A stretch of DNA of 64,000 bases from Peribolospora baueri. Lineage: Eukaryota. A program made the translations under genes and the position numbers. Location: positions 1-64,000 of the forward strand of contig JAMDHS010000096.1 of the NCBI GenBank assembly GCA_029717555.1. The letters are read 5' to 3'. Positions 51,817-64,000 of the stretch are shown piece after piece; positions within the stretch are counted from its first letter, which is position 1, and the number at the start of each line of letters is the position of its first letter. The notes under the pieces are model-generated. The model was not told the DNA's origin, did no database searches, and worked only from the letters and a program-made list of their open reading frames with translations.

Positions 51817-53968
51817 TCAGGCAGCAGCTTCGCCGACGGGAGCAGCAGCGGGCTTCGGCTTGGCTTTGCGTGAGGTGACGTTCCACTTGTCGTACTTGAC
51901 AAGCTCGCGCATGTGAGCGAAAATGCTCAGGCCGGTGACGATGGTAAAGTACGTTGGGCTGAGGAAGCCAAAGCAGATGATCGCGAGCGGGTGGGTGAAC
52001 TCGGAACGATTGCGGACTGTGATGCCCGTGCTGACGGCGATGCAGGCCGCGTTGAAGGCGAGGAACCAGGTGGTGAGCTTGTAACCCACAAAGGTGGAGT
52101 ATACTTCGTGCCACGTCGTGGGGAAATTTACGAGTGCCGAGGAGAGCAGAAGGCATGCCTGTGTTGTCATTCGCAAGTGGGATGCCTGCGGTTAGCCTCG
52201 GTTCACTTGCAAACGTGGGTGGGTCCATTTGAGGGGGATAGGCTGAGACTCACAAGGTTCAACAGGATATAGAAGAAGAGCTCGCGGAAAGCAAGCAAGA
52301 AGAACAGGCCCAACCGGCCACGCACGAACGTTCCATGTGCACCTCGGCGCAAAGAGGGGATGACGTGTCTGCGAGAGATAGGTAGAAATCATGACCGAGT
52401 CATGAGATAAGTCAACGAGGACCTTCAGGTGCTAAATAGCCTTTGAAACGAGCACAGCAACGACTTCTTCAACTCACACCAGCGCCACCTGAAACCATCC
52501 CTGACCCCAACGCAAACGCTGCTTGACGAGCGCAGGTACGGTCTCCGGAGCGGTCTCGAAGCTCCTGACCTTGAGGTCGTAAGCGACGCGGGCTCCGCTC
52601 GTGATGGCGCGGATGGTAGAGTCGATGTCCTCGGTCAGCATCGTAGTGCGCATGCCGAGGGATTTGAGGAGAGACGCGTTCCAAAAGCCGTTCGCGCCGC
52701 CGAAGAGACCGAAGCCATGCAAATCGGCACGGCCGGGGTGGAAAACGCCGTACTAGATAGGAATGTAGAATTGGAGACCGTGGATTAGTCCTAAAGGTTC
52801 CAAGAAAAAGAGAAAAGGATCGCGGGCGCTTACAATCGTGTCGAATTCTGCTGCCACAAGCTTGGTGAGCCAGGTGTCGTCGTAGTTGTCTGTTTGCAGA
52901 AGGGACACGCGATCAAGAGGCAGACGAGCGAGGGTCAGACTCGTCAAACCAATGCAGAATAGAAGTGCCAAAAGGGTCACTTACAAATGCAGCACCTCCC
53001 TTGTACGATATCTACGTCACCTTGCATGAACCTCCTAGCTGCCCAACGAAGGGCATCAGGGGCGGGGTAGTGATCGGTGTCGAAGATGGCTATGATCTCT
53101 CCGTTGGTGCGAAGGCTAAAGAAGTAGTTGAGGTTGTGCGCCTTGGATGTCGAGTTGGGCACCTTGACCACACGGAGATTCGGGTGGTGGAGCTCCATTG
53201 CCTTCATGTCTGTCTCGAGGGGTTCAATGGGGCGTGGCGTGTTGTAGACGCTGTGAGGACGCAGAGAGAGATTGTGTCAGTGTTTCCGGCCTAGAGCTCG
53301 TGCTCAACCTAAAGGGGAGGACTTACATGTTGACGTGCAGTTTGTCTTGCGGATAGTCAATCTCGCGGAGAGCATATCTGCAACAGACCACACTTTGCGT
53401 TAGCATGCTTCGCCGACAAAGCGAGCCTTGCTGTGCTCCAACCAGACCCTCAGTGCCACTCACCGCATCTGCCTCAGGATGATGTCTTGTTCGTTCGGAA
53501 GATATGCAACGAGTACGAGGTCGATGTGCGGGCAGCGTGCATCTGGGACGAGTTCAGAGAGCGGCTTAAGCGCGGCGCGACGCCTCTCACGACGGGCGAG
53601 CACGTTGGGTCGTACGCTGTGGAAAGCCTCGGACAACACGCTGGATAAAAGACGAAGAGTTGGTCAGATCGCAACCGCTCAGATTGCCTGACGAAGGACG
53701 TGTGCGCAAGAAATTGGCTCACCTCAAGGACACGAACGTCTGCAAGCCGAGAAAAATCCACCAAAGCACATCCCTGGGCATCTCTGGCACCAAGCAGTCT
53801 GACAGATGGTGAAGCGAAGGAAACTCCGGGTCAATGTCAAGGCTTCAGTATCGCGTGCCGCAAGTGGTCGATCCACGCACAGAAGAAGAAAGTGAACACG
53901 AAGTAGCAAACCGCCAACGCCAGCGGTGTCCACTCCAAAATGAATGCCGAAAAGCGAGCAACGACCAT
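51817..53968 (-). CDS. Processive GT2 glycosyltransferase (cellulose-synthase-like; D,D,D,QxxRW)
   Basis: N-terminal TMs, then LVLVAYLPNEQDII, SKAHNLN, IFDTDH, IVQGRC, FGGANGFW, LTEDID and KQRLRWGQGW; C-terminal TMs ending KWNVTSR. Confidence 0.92.
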
Positions 53969-55023
53969 GGCGAGGAGCGACCGTGGATGGTGGAGGGAAC
54001 TGGATCCAGGAAGGAGGGCAATTTGTGTTCAAAAGCTGGTTGGAAAGACAGAGAAGCGATAAGAGAGGGAGGAAGAGAGAGTATTGGTCGTGGTCGTCGC
54101 TGAGCTGCGTCTGCCAGGCTGTCCCTCGAGCTGAAGAGACAGAGGGTGGGGGGTCTCAAGCCGTCCGCAAGCAAAAATAAACCCTGAGAAGCTAAATCCA
54201 CCCGTGGAAGACGTAACGCGTTCTAAACTGTGTCTGTCGGTTCGGCTATTGAAGGAAAGGCAGCTGTCTGGCCGACAAGCCCCACATCCGAGATGACTTA
54301 GCCCTAGTCTGTCGGGTCAGCGGACGTCGCTCGTTATCATGATCCAATCTGAATACCATCCGGCATCTGGAGGGGCTTCGGTGCGGCAGAAGTGAGGGCG
54401 AATAAGGAGCGCGTGGAAATCCAGTCATCTAGCCAATCCTAGGCAGGGATTCAAACGGGGAGTGGGAGAGAACACGGCGGCCGTCTCCGATGTGGCGATG
54501 TGTCGGACGACGCGAGTGCGGAACGGAGATGAACGACCGGAGTAGCGGGCCAAACGAGCTAAGACCGTAGATGTGGACGGCAATCGAGCAAGGGTGTAGA
54601 AGCGTGGGCGGGGGAATGGAAGGTCGCAAGCAATCCATGGGTGGTCTTCCAGCGCCACCAAAATCAGGGCCATGTCGACGGACTTCTTCCTGGGTCGTGC
54701 CGCAGCAAGAACAGCACCCGGTCTCCGGCGCTCTTTCGTCCCGTGCACGACGGACGGATGTGACGGACGGGCATCCACGCCAGTGACCATCGTCTGTCTA
54801 TCTCTCCACTCCGAGCGAGCAAGTCCCGTCAGCTGCAATGCGTCGTGTCCCCCTAGTCCGACGGTGCCCGCTCATTGCCTTGGGCGAGGAGCGTGCTCTG
54901 CGTAGACGACTCAGAGTCGCCCGCGCAGACTTTGTTTCGACCTCCATCATCAGCGACTCTTCTTCTCGCTAGCCGTCGCTCCCCCCTTCTTCCTTTCTCC
55001 CTCCAGAGCGCTGCGCATCGACC

Positions 55024-56842
55024 ATGGCCCACCCTGAACAGTCGCCAGCCGCGCCCCCTGTCACTTTGGTGCACGCACCGCCTCAAGAAGTGCAAGAAGT
55101 GCAAGGATTGGAAGAGAATGTCGCCACTGTCGAAGCCACTGCAGCGTCGCCACCCAAGCATGACGCCAAGGTTGAAGCGACGGCGGGCACGAAAACCGCT
55201 GCGAAGGCAGCAGTTCCGATCAATGACGCTCACGCTCACCTCGACCTCGGCAGGAAGAGGGAAGATCGTGAGGGCTATCTGGAAGGGCTGAGAGGCATCA
55301 TCGCGTTCGAGGTCTTGCTTTGGAGCTTCTTCCGCATCTTCGGTGAGTCTTTTGCAAAGGTCTTTGATGTTGTTGGCACGCTTTCGCAAAGATCGCCTCT
55401 CAAGCATGTTTGCCCGCCTGCCCACTTTTCCACATCCCAACAGCCCCTGCGATCGTGAACCCTCGCGACGTCGATCACTCCATCGGGCCCTGGGAAATGA
55501 CAGCGCCGGAATGGCAACACACTCTGCGCAAGGCCATGTCTCCGCTCTTCTGGGACGGAACGCTGCAGCCGACCTTCTTCTTCATCCTCTCCGGGCGCGT
55601 CGTGTCCGCCTCGTTCCTCGAGTCGCGCACCAATTCCACTCTAGCCGGCCTTGCCTTCCGCAGGCCTCTGAGGCTCGTTCCGCCCATCATGATCGCCTTC
55701 CTCATCGCGACCATCGTATCCATCACTCACGGCTTCTCCAACGCAGAAACTTTTTCTCTGCGCACTCAGAACTCTCTTGCCAATCAGCCCACCCGTTGGA
55801 CGAACGCGATTCAGTATTTCAACGCCGTCATGTCCGCGTTCTGGTCCACGGACCCCAACACAATCGCAGTGACTTGGTTTCCCGTTCGCGGAATCATCTG
55901 GACGGTAAGTAATCGTCTCTGGAGATGGCGCTTGTTGCACGTCCTCTGCACCTCGAAGGACGTGTGCGCTGATGTTCCTCGCCCGGCTCGACCCGGCACA
56001 CAGCTTCCGCTCATCTTCACGGAATCCTTCACGGCCTACACGGTTTCTTGCATGCTCCCCGTGTTGATGACGTTCTTCAAGTTCGCTTTTCTCTCGACCT
56101 TCATCGCTGCTGCTTGGTGGATCGGGTCGTGGGCGTGGTACACTCTCACTGGTCTGCTCATCGCCGAGCTGTGCGTCCACCACTCCTTCGCGGCCGCGCT
56201 CGTCCCCCTCGGCATTCCTTTGCCCTATACCAAACGTCGTCTGCCTACGCTCGTTCCTGCTTTTGGTCTCTTATGCTTGGGTCTGGTGCTCAAGTACCTC
56301 TGGGCGGATGTCGCCCCTTCAAGGTATTACGATGAGCTCGCTGCGCACGCCAGCTTCAACACCGGCGGCCTCCGCAACGGTCAGAACAGGTTCGAGAAGC
56401 CCGTGGGTCGGCTGGACGATTACTTTGTCGCCACCGGAGCCTTCCTCCTTCTGGAGGGCGCTCCGGGTTGCGTGAAGAAGGCGATGGGAAACCCCGTTTT
56501 CACCTGGTTTGGCCGTCTTTCCTTCTGTGAGTTTGTAATTCCTCTGGTCTCGACGGTCTCTTCCGTGCGTTCGTTACTGAAAGCAAGCCGGTCGCTCTCT
56601 CTCGACCGTCGGGATGGACAGCGATCTATCTCATCCAAGGTCCTACCCTCCTCTCCTTTGGCACCTACCTCTCCAACACCATGGCCGACCACCACCCCAC
56701 TTGGACGGCCGCCCAGACGCTCGCCGTCCTCTTCTTCTCCTGCGCTCCCCTAATTCTCGTCGCCAGCGCCGTGTTTCACTTCCTCGTCGAGGAGCCCAGC
56801 AGATGGTGCGCTGGACGCATTTGGCGGTGGATCCGCGAGTGA
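55024..56842 (+). CDS. Acyltransferase-3 (OafA-like) multi-pass membrane protein
   Basis: REGYLEGLRG, FFFILSGRVVS, FRRPLRLVPP, IIWTLP, WFGRLSF-SIYLIQG and FHFLVEEPS. Confidence 0.85.
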
Positions 56843-58476
56843 CGTTTTCGTGGGTCGGTGATATTTTTTTTGCGAAGTTTGCGGTGGATGAACCCGCGAC
56901 GACGAGTATGGGACGTCGTCGTCCTTCTTCTGTTGTTGTCTGCTCTTTTTCGTTTCATGTACTTTTCGTCTGTTCCGTTCGGGTAGAAGGAAGAGTTCCG
57001 GTCTCTCGGAGTTTTGCTGCATGAACCTCGGAGATCGCTGTGTGGACGTCGGGTGTCTTTGATTCCGTTCCGCTCGGAAACCGTAGATGCGGTGAGGACG
57101 GAAGCGTAATCTGGCCGACAACTGTCAGGACGACCGTCGACGACTGTCATGACGCAGGAGGCGCGGCGCTTTCTCCTTTGCCGGAGTCAACGTTGCCGGG
57201 GCCCGGAAAACTCACTCCGTCGGTGCAAGGACGAATGGCCCGATCGGTTTTGCCCCTCACAGCGAACTCGCGTTGTCGCAGCTCGGCCATCAGCTCTGAG
57301 ACATTCATCAGCAGCTCTCAGACATTCATCGGACCGTGGGCGTTTGGACAGGCGTTTTTGGTTTCGCATTTGAACTTGGATTTCGGTTTTCGCAATTGAA
57401 CTGGGATTTCCGAATCGCACCCTAAACTGACGTTTCTAGAATCACATCCGAACTGGGGTTTTTGGAATTCCTCATTCGTAACGCCGACGGCGCCGCACTT
57501 CGCCTCATCTCTGCTGTCCAACCACCGTTCCTCTTCCTTCGACTACGTACGGCTTTGATCGCAATCGATTGGTATGAGGGGTCGCCGCCAGCTCCGTGCA
57601 CTCCACTGGACACCATCAGATGTTCATAGATCGCTCCCACGGTAACTAGCAGGTGCATAAGGAGCGGGCCTGCGCCTAGGACCTCTTGCAAGGGCGAGAG
57701 GGATGGGCGGATGACCCCCGGGGACGCCCTTACAGTCGCTACTGTGCGACCGACCTGCTGGGACGACCTCACCCGAACAAGCTACGCCGCCCTGGCTCTA
57801 CGTCACAGGGGTCAGGGGCGCAAGCGAGGCCTTGCCTTGCTCCCGTACGGATGGTCGAAGCCCGGTAGCGCTATGAGCTATGATAGATGCAGCGGCGATC
57901 GCCCATAGAAGCCGGGCCGGGAGAACCTGGGTCACGGTGTCTGATCAGTTTTGTGGGCCTTGCTGTGCCACATCCAGGTCCACTTTCCGGTGCCACCCCC
58001 ACGTCACATCCGCTGTGAAGGGCGGATGCTGCTCGGTCGTCCTTGATCTTCTCACACAGCCGCCGTAGACCGCTACCACCCACCAACATGTCATCGGCGC
58101 AGCTGCTGTTAGGCTCCTACATCATCCGTCCCACCACTGGGAACGGACATGACCCGTGGGCAAATGGCAGCTCGCGTTTCGCCGTGAATGCGATAGGGTT
58201 TCACCGACCGCAAGAAAAAAAAAGATGGACTAACTAGACCATCGTTGCCTCCATCGTTTCGACGGCGCCTCGGTTCACGCGATCATTCTCTTCCCGTCGT
58301 CCTCCGCCCCAATCGTTATCCGGGCTCGCCTCCGTCTTCTGCGTACCGAAGCAGAAGCATGTGGCGTGGAACAAATCCCACCGTCCCTATAACCCTGACC
58401 GTTCCCCCCCCCCTCCCCATCTCAGCTCTCTCTTTCGCTCGTCCCTCGACGTTGTCTCTTCACCTTGCTCGTCGTC

Positions 58477-61400
58477 ATGGGTCCTTCAGGGGTGCTCGCC
58501 GTCGGCGCTGCCCTCGCTCTCTCGTTCTCTTCGCAGGCGTTAGCTTCTTGCTCCTGTGGCTATCGCGACCCCGTCACCGGCGCTCTCTGGACGGATGCCA
58601 CAATCACCTACTTCAACGAAACAGCCACCCTCTCCGAGCTGACTCACAGCAACACCACTCGTCCGGCCCCTTACGAGCTCGGAAACATCACCAGTTTCAC
58701 AGAGTATGACTTTTCAGCCACTTACCGGACCGCCGACTGGCCTTCCAACGTGGCACTCAACAATTGGAATGGCCTCGAGCTTTCGGCGCTCCCGCCCATC
58801 AAGGACCACATCGTGCCTGGTTCCAGTATAAGGACTGTCAGGGAGGACATCTTGTACGGAAGTCTACGAGTCCAGGTCAAGGTGCGAAGAGGGTGACACT
58901 GCTTTCGCATCTTGGACTCGTAGGGGCTTTCTAATCCTTGCTTTTTCTATGACGTTTGCCAGCCTCCGGATCCCAATCTCGGGGGAACAGCACTCACATT
59001 GTCTGCGACCTACAACGACTCGTCTTATTTGGAGTACGACATCATGACAAAGAACAAGAAGGCCGACGCAGCCATCAGATACTCGCTCGGTACCGGCAGG
59101 CAGTCTTTTGAGCCTGTCACGTTCAACCTCAGTTCCCTCGACGACGATGAGCAGGGATGGGACTGGCACGAACATCGAATCGACTGGCTGCCGGACGATG
59201 CCTATTTCTCCAATGATGCCAGCAATAAGACTTTGACATTGCACGTCGACGGAAAGCACGTCGACCTTCCCACCGTTCCTGCTCCCTTCGAGGTCAGGCA
59301 TTGGTCTAACGGCGCAAATGATACCAGCCAAGGACCTCCGACCAAGTCCACGCGTCCGGAGGCGTACATCCGCTACATGCGCCTGTTCTACAACTCGTCT
59401 TTGCCAGCTCGTCAGCAGGCGTTTGTGGAAGGATGCCGGGCCTCGTCAGATCAAGTGTGTAGCACAGAGGACGACACGATTCGGGACAACACTCCCTTTG
59501 ATATGGCCTCGACGTTGCCATACGTATACGTCCGGAAGAGCAAGCCAATCCCGCTTTACTCCATTTACATGACGTCCATATCCGGGGGGCTCTTTGTCAT
59601 CCTAATGATGCATGCGATCGCCTCACGCGTCATCAAGGCCAGGGCGTCCAAGAAGGCCCAGGCGCCTCCTTCCCAAGGTACTGAACACGTCGAGCCTCCG
59701 GAGGATAAAGACGTCGAAGGTCCAGGTTACTGGGACGAAGACGACTCCTCTACCAAGGCCGATTCCGTCTCTGGCAGAGACAAGAAGGGGTGGGACGTCG
59801 ATGCCCTCGAAGATCAGTTGGAAGGCGACGCCAAGGACAAATCCAAGTATACCTGGAATGGCCAGCGTCGGTCCATCCTCACCGCTAACCTGCTCTATGT
59901 ACCCCCACTCTACCTCCAAGACGCAAGTTTGGATGGCCAGGGCAAACTCCTGGACTACGTCATGGCTCTCGAAAGCGCTGCCCAACCGTCGGGTGGGGCC
60001 GGGATTTACTCTGCGTCAACCCCTGCTGTCGAGACGCCCGTCGGCGAATGGGCCGCGGACGATGCGGCCCCCGAGTCAGGAATGGAGCAGCCTGCCCCGG
60101 CGCCGAGCGCGTCTCGCTACCTCTCCCGCGCGTCTTCCTTCATGGACATTCCCGGATACGGCGGCCCGGCCACCCCCATCTATCCCTCCACCCCTTGGGC
60201 TCACCTTCCTCCTGGACCACTTCGTCTCGTGCCCTGGGAGCCGTCAAAGGACGAGGAGGAGAACGCCGCGGTAGGTACGCTCGCTGTCAAGAAGGGCAAG
60301 CCTTGGGACGTGGAGAAACCCAGGACACTCAAGGAGAAGCTCAAGGCCGCCTACGGGAAACTCTTCGTCGGAGGCAGCGCGAAGAAGACGGCCAGTGGCA
60401 CTGCGAGGGTCGAGTATTTGGATGGTCTAAGAGGTGAGGCAGACATCCTTGGTTCATCGAACTCTCCCGATGACGCTGATAGAGATCGAATTGATCTCGC
60501 TTCCTTTCCTCTTACCCCGTTCAGGCTTCGCTTGTTTCGCCGTATCGTTCCACCACTTCATGCTCACGTATTACATCGGCTGCTCCAGGTGCGTCTAGTC
60601 CCCGATTCATGGTTGCTATCTGGGTGGCGTTGTTTAGGCTGCTGACGCCCAATCCGCCTTCCCACAATAAAAAAAGCCCCCGCATGCCCCGCCATTATCC
60701 GGAGATGGAGAAGTGGTGGAGGATCCTTCTCCAGCCCATCCTGATGAATGGTGGACTCAACGTCGGTGAGGAGCAACGTGTCGCTCTGCCCTTCAAGACC
60801 TTATCCGCACGCTTTTCCGAAGATGAGCGCTCACTCTTTCCTTCCCCGCGCTTTCAGGCATCTTTTTTGTCCTCTCCGCTCGGGTCATCGCCAACCGCTA
60901 CCTGGTCAAGGGCAGGATGATGGATCTCGCTGAAGCGACTTTTCGCCGTTTGCCACGTCTGGCGGTGCCGATCACTGCAGGTACGCTCCTCTCTTCGTGT
61001 CCTCTGGGTTCGATGCTGGTATACAGTCCGCCTCTCATATCACCCGAGCCATCTTTCCTGCGGTTTTCTCTCTGTTCTTCAAGGGGTGGTGCTTAACTAC
61101 CTCGGAATGGAGGTCGGCATATTCAACAGGATGGCCCACCTGTCCTCTCGCACTTGGTCGACATGGCCCTACATCGTCGACTACAACAACTTGGGCTACG
61201 CCCTCAACGATTGGCTGGAGCTCTGGTTCACAATCCCACCTGGTATACCGAACGTGATCTCGACGTACGCCACGGGTATCCTCTGGACAGTTCCCATCAT
61301 CGTCCAGACCTCCTGGACGGTGTTTACCTGCGCGTTGGTTTCCCGCGAAATGACCAACCCGAAGAAGCGGTTCAGCTTCTACCTCGTTTGCATATTATTG

Positions 61401-62358
61401 TCCTGGTACGCCAACGACTGGGGTTACTTTTTCCTCACTGGCCTCGCCATCGCGGATGCCGACAACTTGCTCAACTACCGCGACATCGCCGCCAAGGGAC
61501 TCCACTTCATCCCTTTTGCCCGTCTCCGCGCTCGCCTTCCCGCCTTGCTCGCCAACGCCACTTTCCACGGGCAATGGCTCGCTTGGCTGCTTTTCTTCAT
61601 CGGAGCAGCCTTCCGCTATGTGGAAGGAGCCACCGAGTTCAACATCGTCGACTTGGAATTTGAGGCCCACCCGGACTGGACAAGTGGCTATCCGGAGAAA
61701 TGGACGCAGAACGCGCCCACCTACCAAGTCCCACGCTTTTAGTGAGTCGACAAGCCTATCATCGATGCGAATACTCAGATTGAGGTTACTGACTCTGTCC
61801 GCCACGTCCTGTTCTCCTATCTTTCTCACTCATCTATAGCGACTACCTCTGGGTCATGGCGACCTTTTTGCTCTGTGACTTGTCCCCAGCTTTCTCCGGC
61901 TTCTTCCGTCTCAAGATTTGGTCCGCCCTCGGCCGCAATGCGTTCTCGCTCTACCTGCTGCACGGTGAGCTTGATTCGACGTGACGCAAATGTGACTCCT
62001 AGTAGCTCCCTCTCTTATCCCCGTTCTTTGTCCGCGTTTCCTCATCGCGTTCAGGCTTCATCTTCTGGAGCTGGGGCGCTTGGCTGCAGCTGGCCTTGCT
62101 CAATGTTGGCTGGCCTTATGTGAGTACACTGGCGCGATCGTGTATCGCCTCGTCGTCCCATCCCATACACGGCTGACGTCGTGCGCTGCTTTCGTCTTTT
62201 CTGTTCAGTGGGCCGCAACGCTGTTCAACCTCGTCACCTCGTACGCATGGCTCGCGGTCCTGTGCGAGTTGTTTACTCGCACATTTGACAACTGGGGCAT
62301 TTCCTTTTCGAGGGCTCTTTGGAGAGAAGCCACCGGTGGGCTGGGCCGCCGGCTGTGA
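58477..62358 (+). CDS. Fusion protein: signal peptide, GH16-like domain, TM, linker and acyltransferase-3 domain
   Basis: Signal MGPSGVLAVGAALALSFSSQALA and CSCGY; GH16 features IRTVREDILYGS, WHEHRIDWLP and RHWSNG..SQGPP; a TM; then, in the same exon, RVEYLDGLRG, continuing as FACFAVSFHH, FFVLSA, FRRLPRL, ILWTVP and LGRNAFSLYLLHG. Confidence 0.88.
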
Positions 62359-62791
62359 TGCTTCTAGCTGTTTTTCCTCTTCGCTCCGTTTTTTGGCTGT
62401 TCTCCTCGATGTTACTTTTACCCATTTCCAGCATACTCGCGTTGATTTCTAATACCATCCACGCGCCCGAATGCGACGTCATATCTCACGGGATGAAAAT
62501 GTGAGAGCGTGGAATTGTCGTTGACACGGCAGATGTCGAGGTCATGATACCGAGTAAAGAGAGAGGAAGGCTCGAGGCGGTCGGTCGGACCCCCCCGCAG
62601 ACCGGGCGCGCCGCGTAGATTGTAGGGTTAAGCGGGAGCGCTTCGCGACGGTCGATCCGTATTCCCTCTCTCCTCCTCAGCAACGGTTCCGACTTGACGA
62701 CTCTCGATTTCACGACCACACTCTCTCCACCACTCTCGCGCGTACCTCCACCGCGCCCCGGCTTGACGCTGGGAAAGAAAGCTCGCGCCTC

Positions 62792-64000
62792 ATGGATGGA
62801 GAGCCCCCGGCGGCTGGCCTCGCCGAGCGCGCCAGCGGCATTGTATCATTGTCTTGGTCGTGGTTGAGCAGACGACGACGACAACGACGGGCGCCGTCGT
62901 ATCTGCCCTTTATACCTTCTTTTGTCGGTTTCTTTCTCTTTCAGCTCGCAGTGCGCTTGGTCTCAGCCCAGGGCCCTTTGCCGTCTTCCTTCCCGTCTCT
63001 CTCGTCTTCCGCGCCGCCGTCCGCCGCGACGGCGGTGGAGGCGGGAGCGGGGACGGCCGACTCTCCGATAGAGATCGCAGACAACAGCATCGTCACCGCT
63101 GTCGTGTCCAACTCCAACTCGACCATATTCCACTTTCCCACCTTCTCCGCGCCCCAGGCGTACATCACGCTCTCTATATGCTCCGGCCCACAACCGGTGT
63201 CACCGGAACAACTTCGGTTGTATGTCAGCACGGACCCGAGTAACACGGCACCAGGGCCGAGCAAGCCGCCGAGCGAGCCTCGCCTGTCGGCCAATGCTAC
63301 CCTTGGCTTTGCGAACGTGACTGCAGAGAGCACGAGCGCCAATGGAATTTGGGTCGGGGTGTGGCCGCCGACCGGTTCTCAGTCTGGCGGTCCACAGGGT
63401 ATTTGGAGCTTTCAGCTTGGCGCCTCTACGTCGTGTGAGTGGGCGTGGATCGCTATGGGATACGAGTTTGTTGCAGGTGCCTAGACAAGAGAGAGTCGCT
63501 CATGACCTTCTTATCTTTCACCCCAGCCCCATTACATACCGTCCACAATTTCGCAGGGTTGGGCTTCGACGATACGGACGCGACGCACGCTCTGCTTACG
63601 TCCTACAACTATACCAGCTCTCCCAACGTCTCCTCCACCTTTGTCGCGCCTAACCTGACGGCCGTCTTACTGCCCACTTACCCCAACGGCTCAGTGGCGC
63701 CATCGGCCGGCCACCCCGTGGGGTCGAACACGACTTCCTTCTATCTCTCTCGTTCGTTCTGCGCCCTCACGCAAGCGCCCGAGCGCGTTCCGGGCAATCA
63801 AGCGAACGCGAGCGCGACGACGAGAGGTGTGGGCGGAGGTTGGCGTACGCAATTCGAGTGGGAGGGGCTGCAGAAGAGCACGAATTACTCGGCTTGGCTC
63901 ATCAAGGGCGACGGGTCACGGGGTGGAGGGCTCGGAGGCGAGCTTTGGTCACGTATCATGTTCAGGACGAAGAGCAGTGAGTGAAGGCTCGATTCGTTGG
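62792..64000 (+). CDS. MID1: Stretch-activated Ca2+ channel subunit Mid1 (3' end outside window)
   Basis: Hydrophobic signal, YITLSICSGPQP, LYVSTD, GFANVT, FDDTDATHALL, SFCAL, TTRGVGGGWRTQF, GLQKSTNYSAWL and FRTKS. Confidence 0.85.

Noticed and set aside
62792..64000. MID1 as a member of the glycan cluster
   Set aside because: It is a widely conserved calcium-channel subunit and more likely marks the cluster boundary.

Overview
This is eukaryotic, intron-rich, GC-rich fungal genomic DNA. The gene content (DUF6535/DUF6533-type membrane proteins, Mid1, an unfused Gal10, Ty3/Gypsy remnants) is most consistent with a basidiomycete; I cannot name the genus. All gene models were spliced by eye, so boundaries are approximate. 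Positions 1-13 kb and 19-46 kb hold mostly housekeeping genes: RPN12, PRE3, GAL10, VPS51, a ZNF207/BuGZ-like gene, an LCCL protein, METTL14/KAR4, a DUF6533-like protein, an L-arabinitol/polyol dehydrogenase, MCM10, a UBA-UIM-UIM-USP-like pseudo-deubiquitinase and an SSUH2-like protein. Two rearranged islands interrupt them: a DUF6535 pseudogene carrying a microhomology-bounded inversion and a captured ketopantoate-reductase fragment (14.7-17.9 kb), and a scrambled Gypsy remnant with an internal inverted duplication (25.2-27.5 kb). The most notable region is 47-62 kb. It holds a membrane-anchored GH30, a secreted TNT-type NADase, a processive GT2 synthase, a stand-alone acyltransferase-3 and a GH16-like/acyltransferase-3 fusion. 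Together these look like a candidate gene cluster for making and O-acylating a cell-surface glycan. MID1 runs off the right end of the window.
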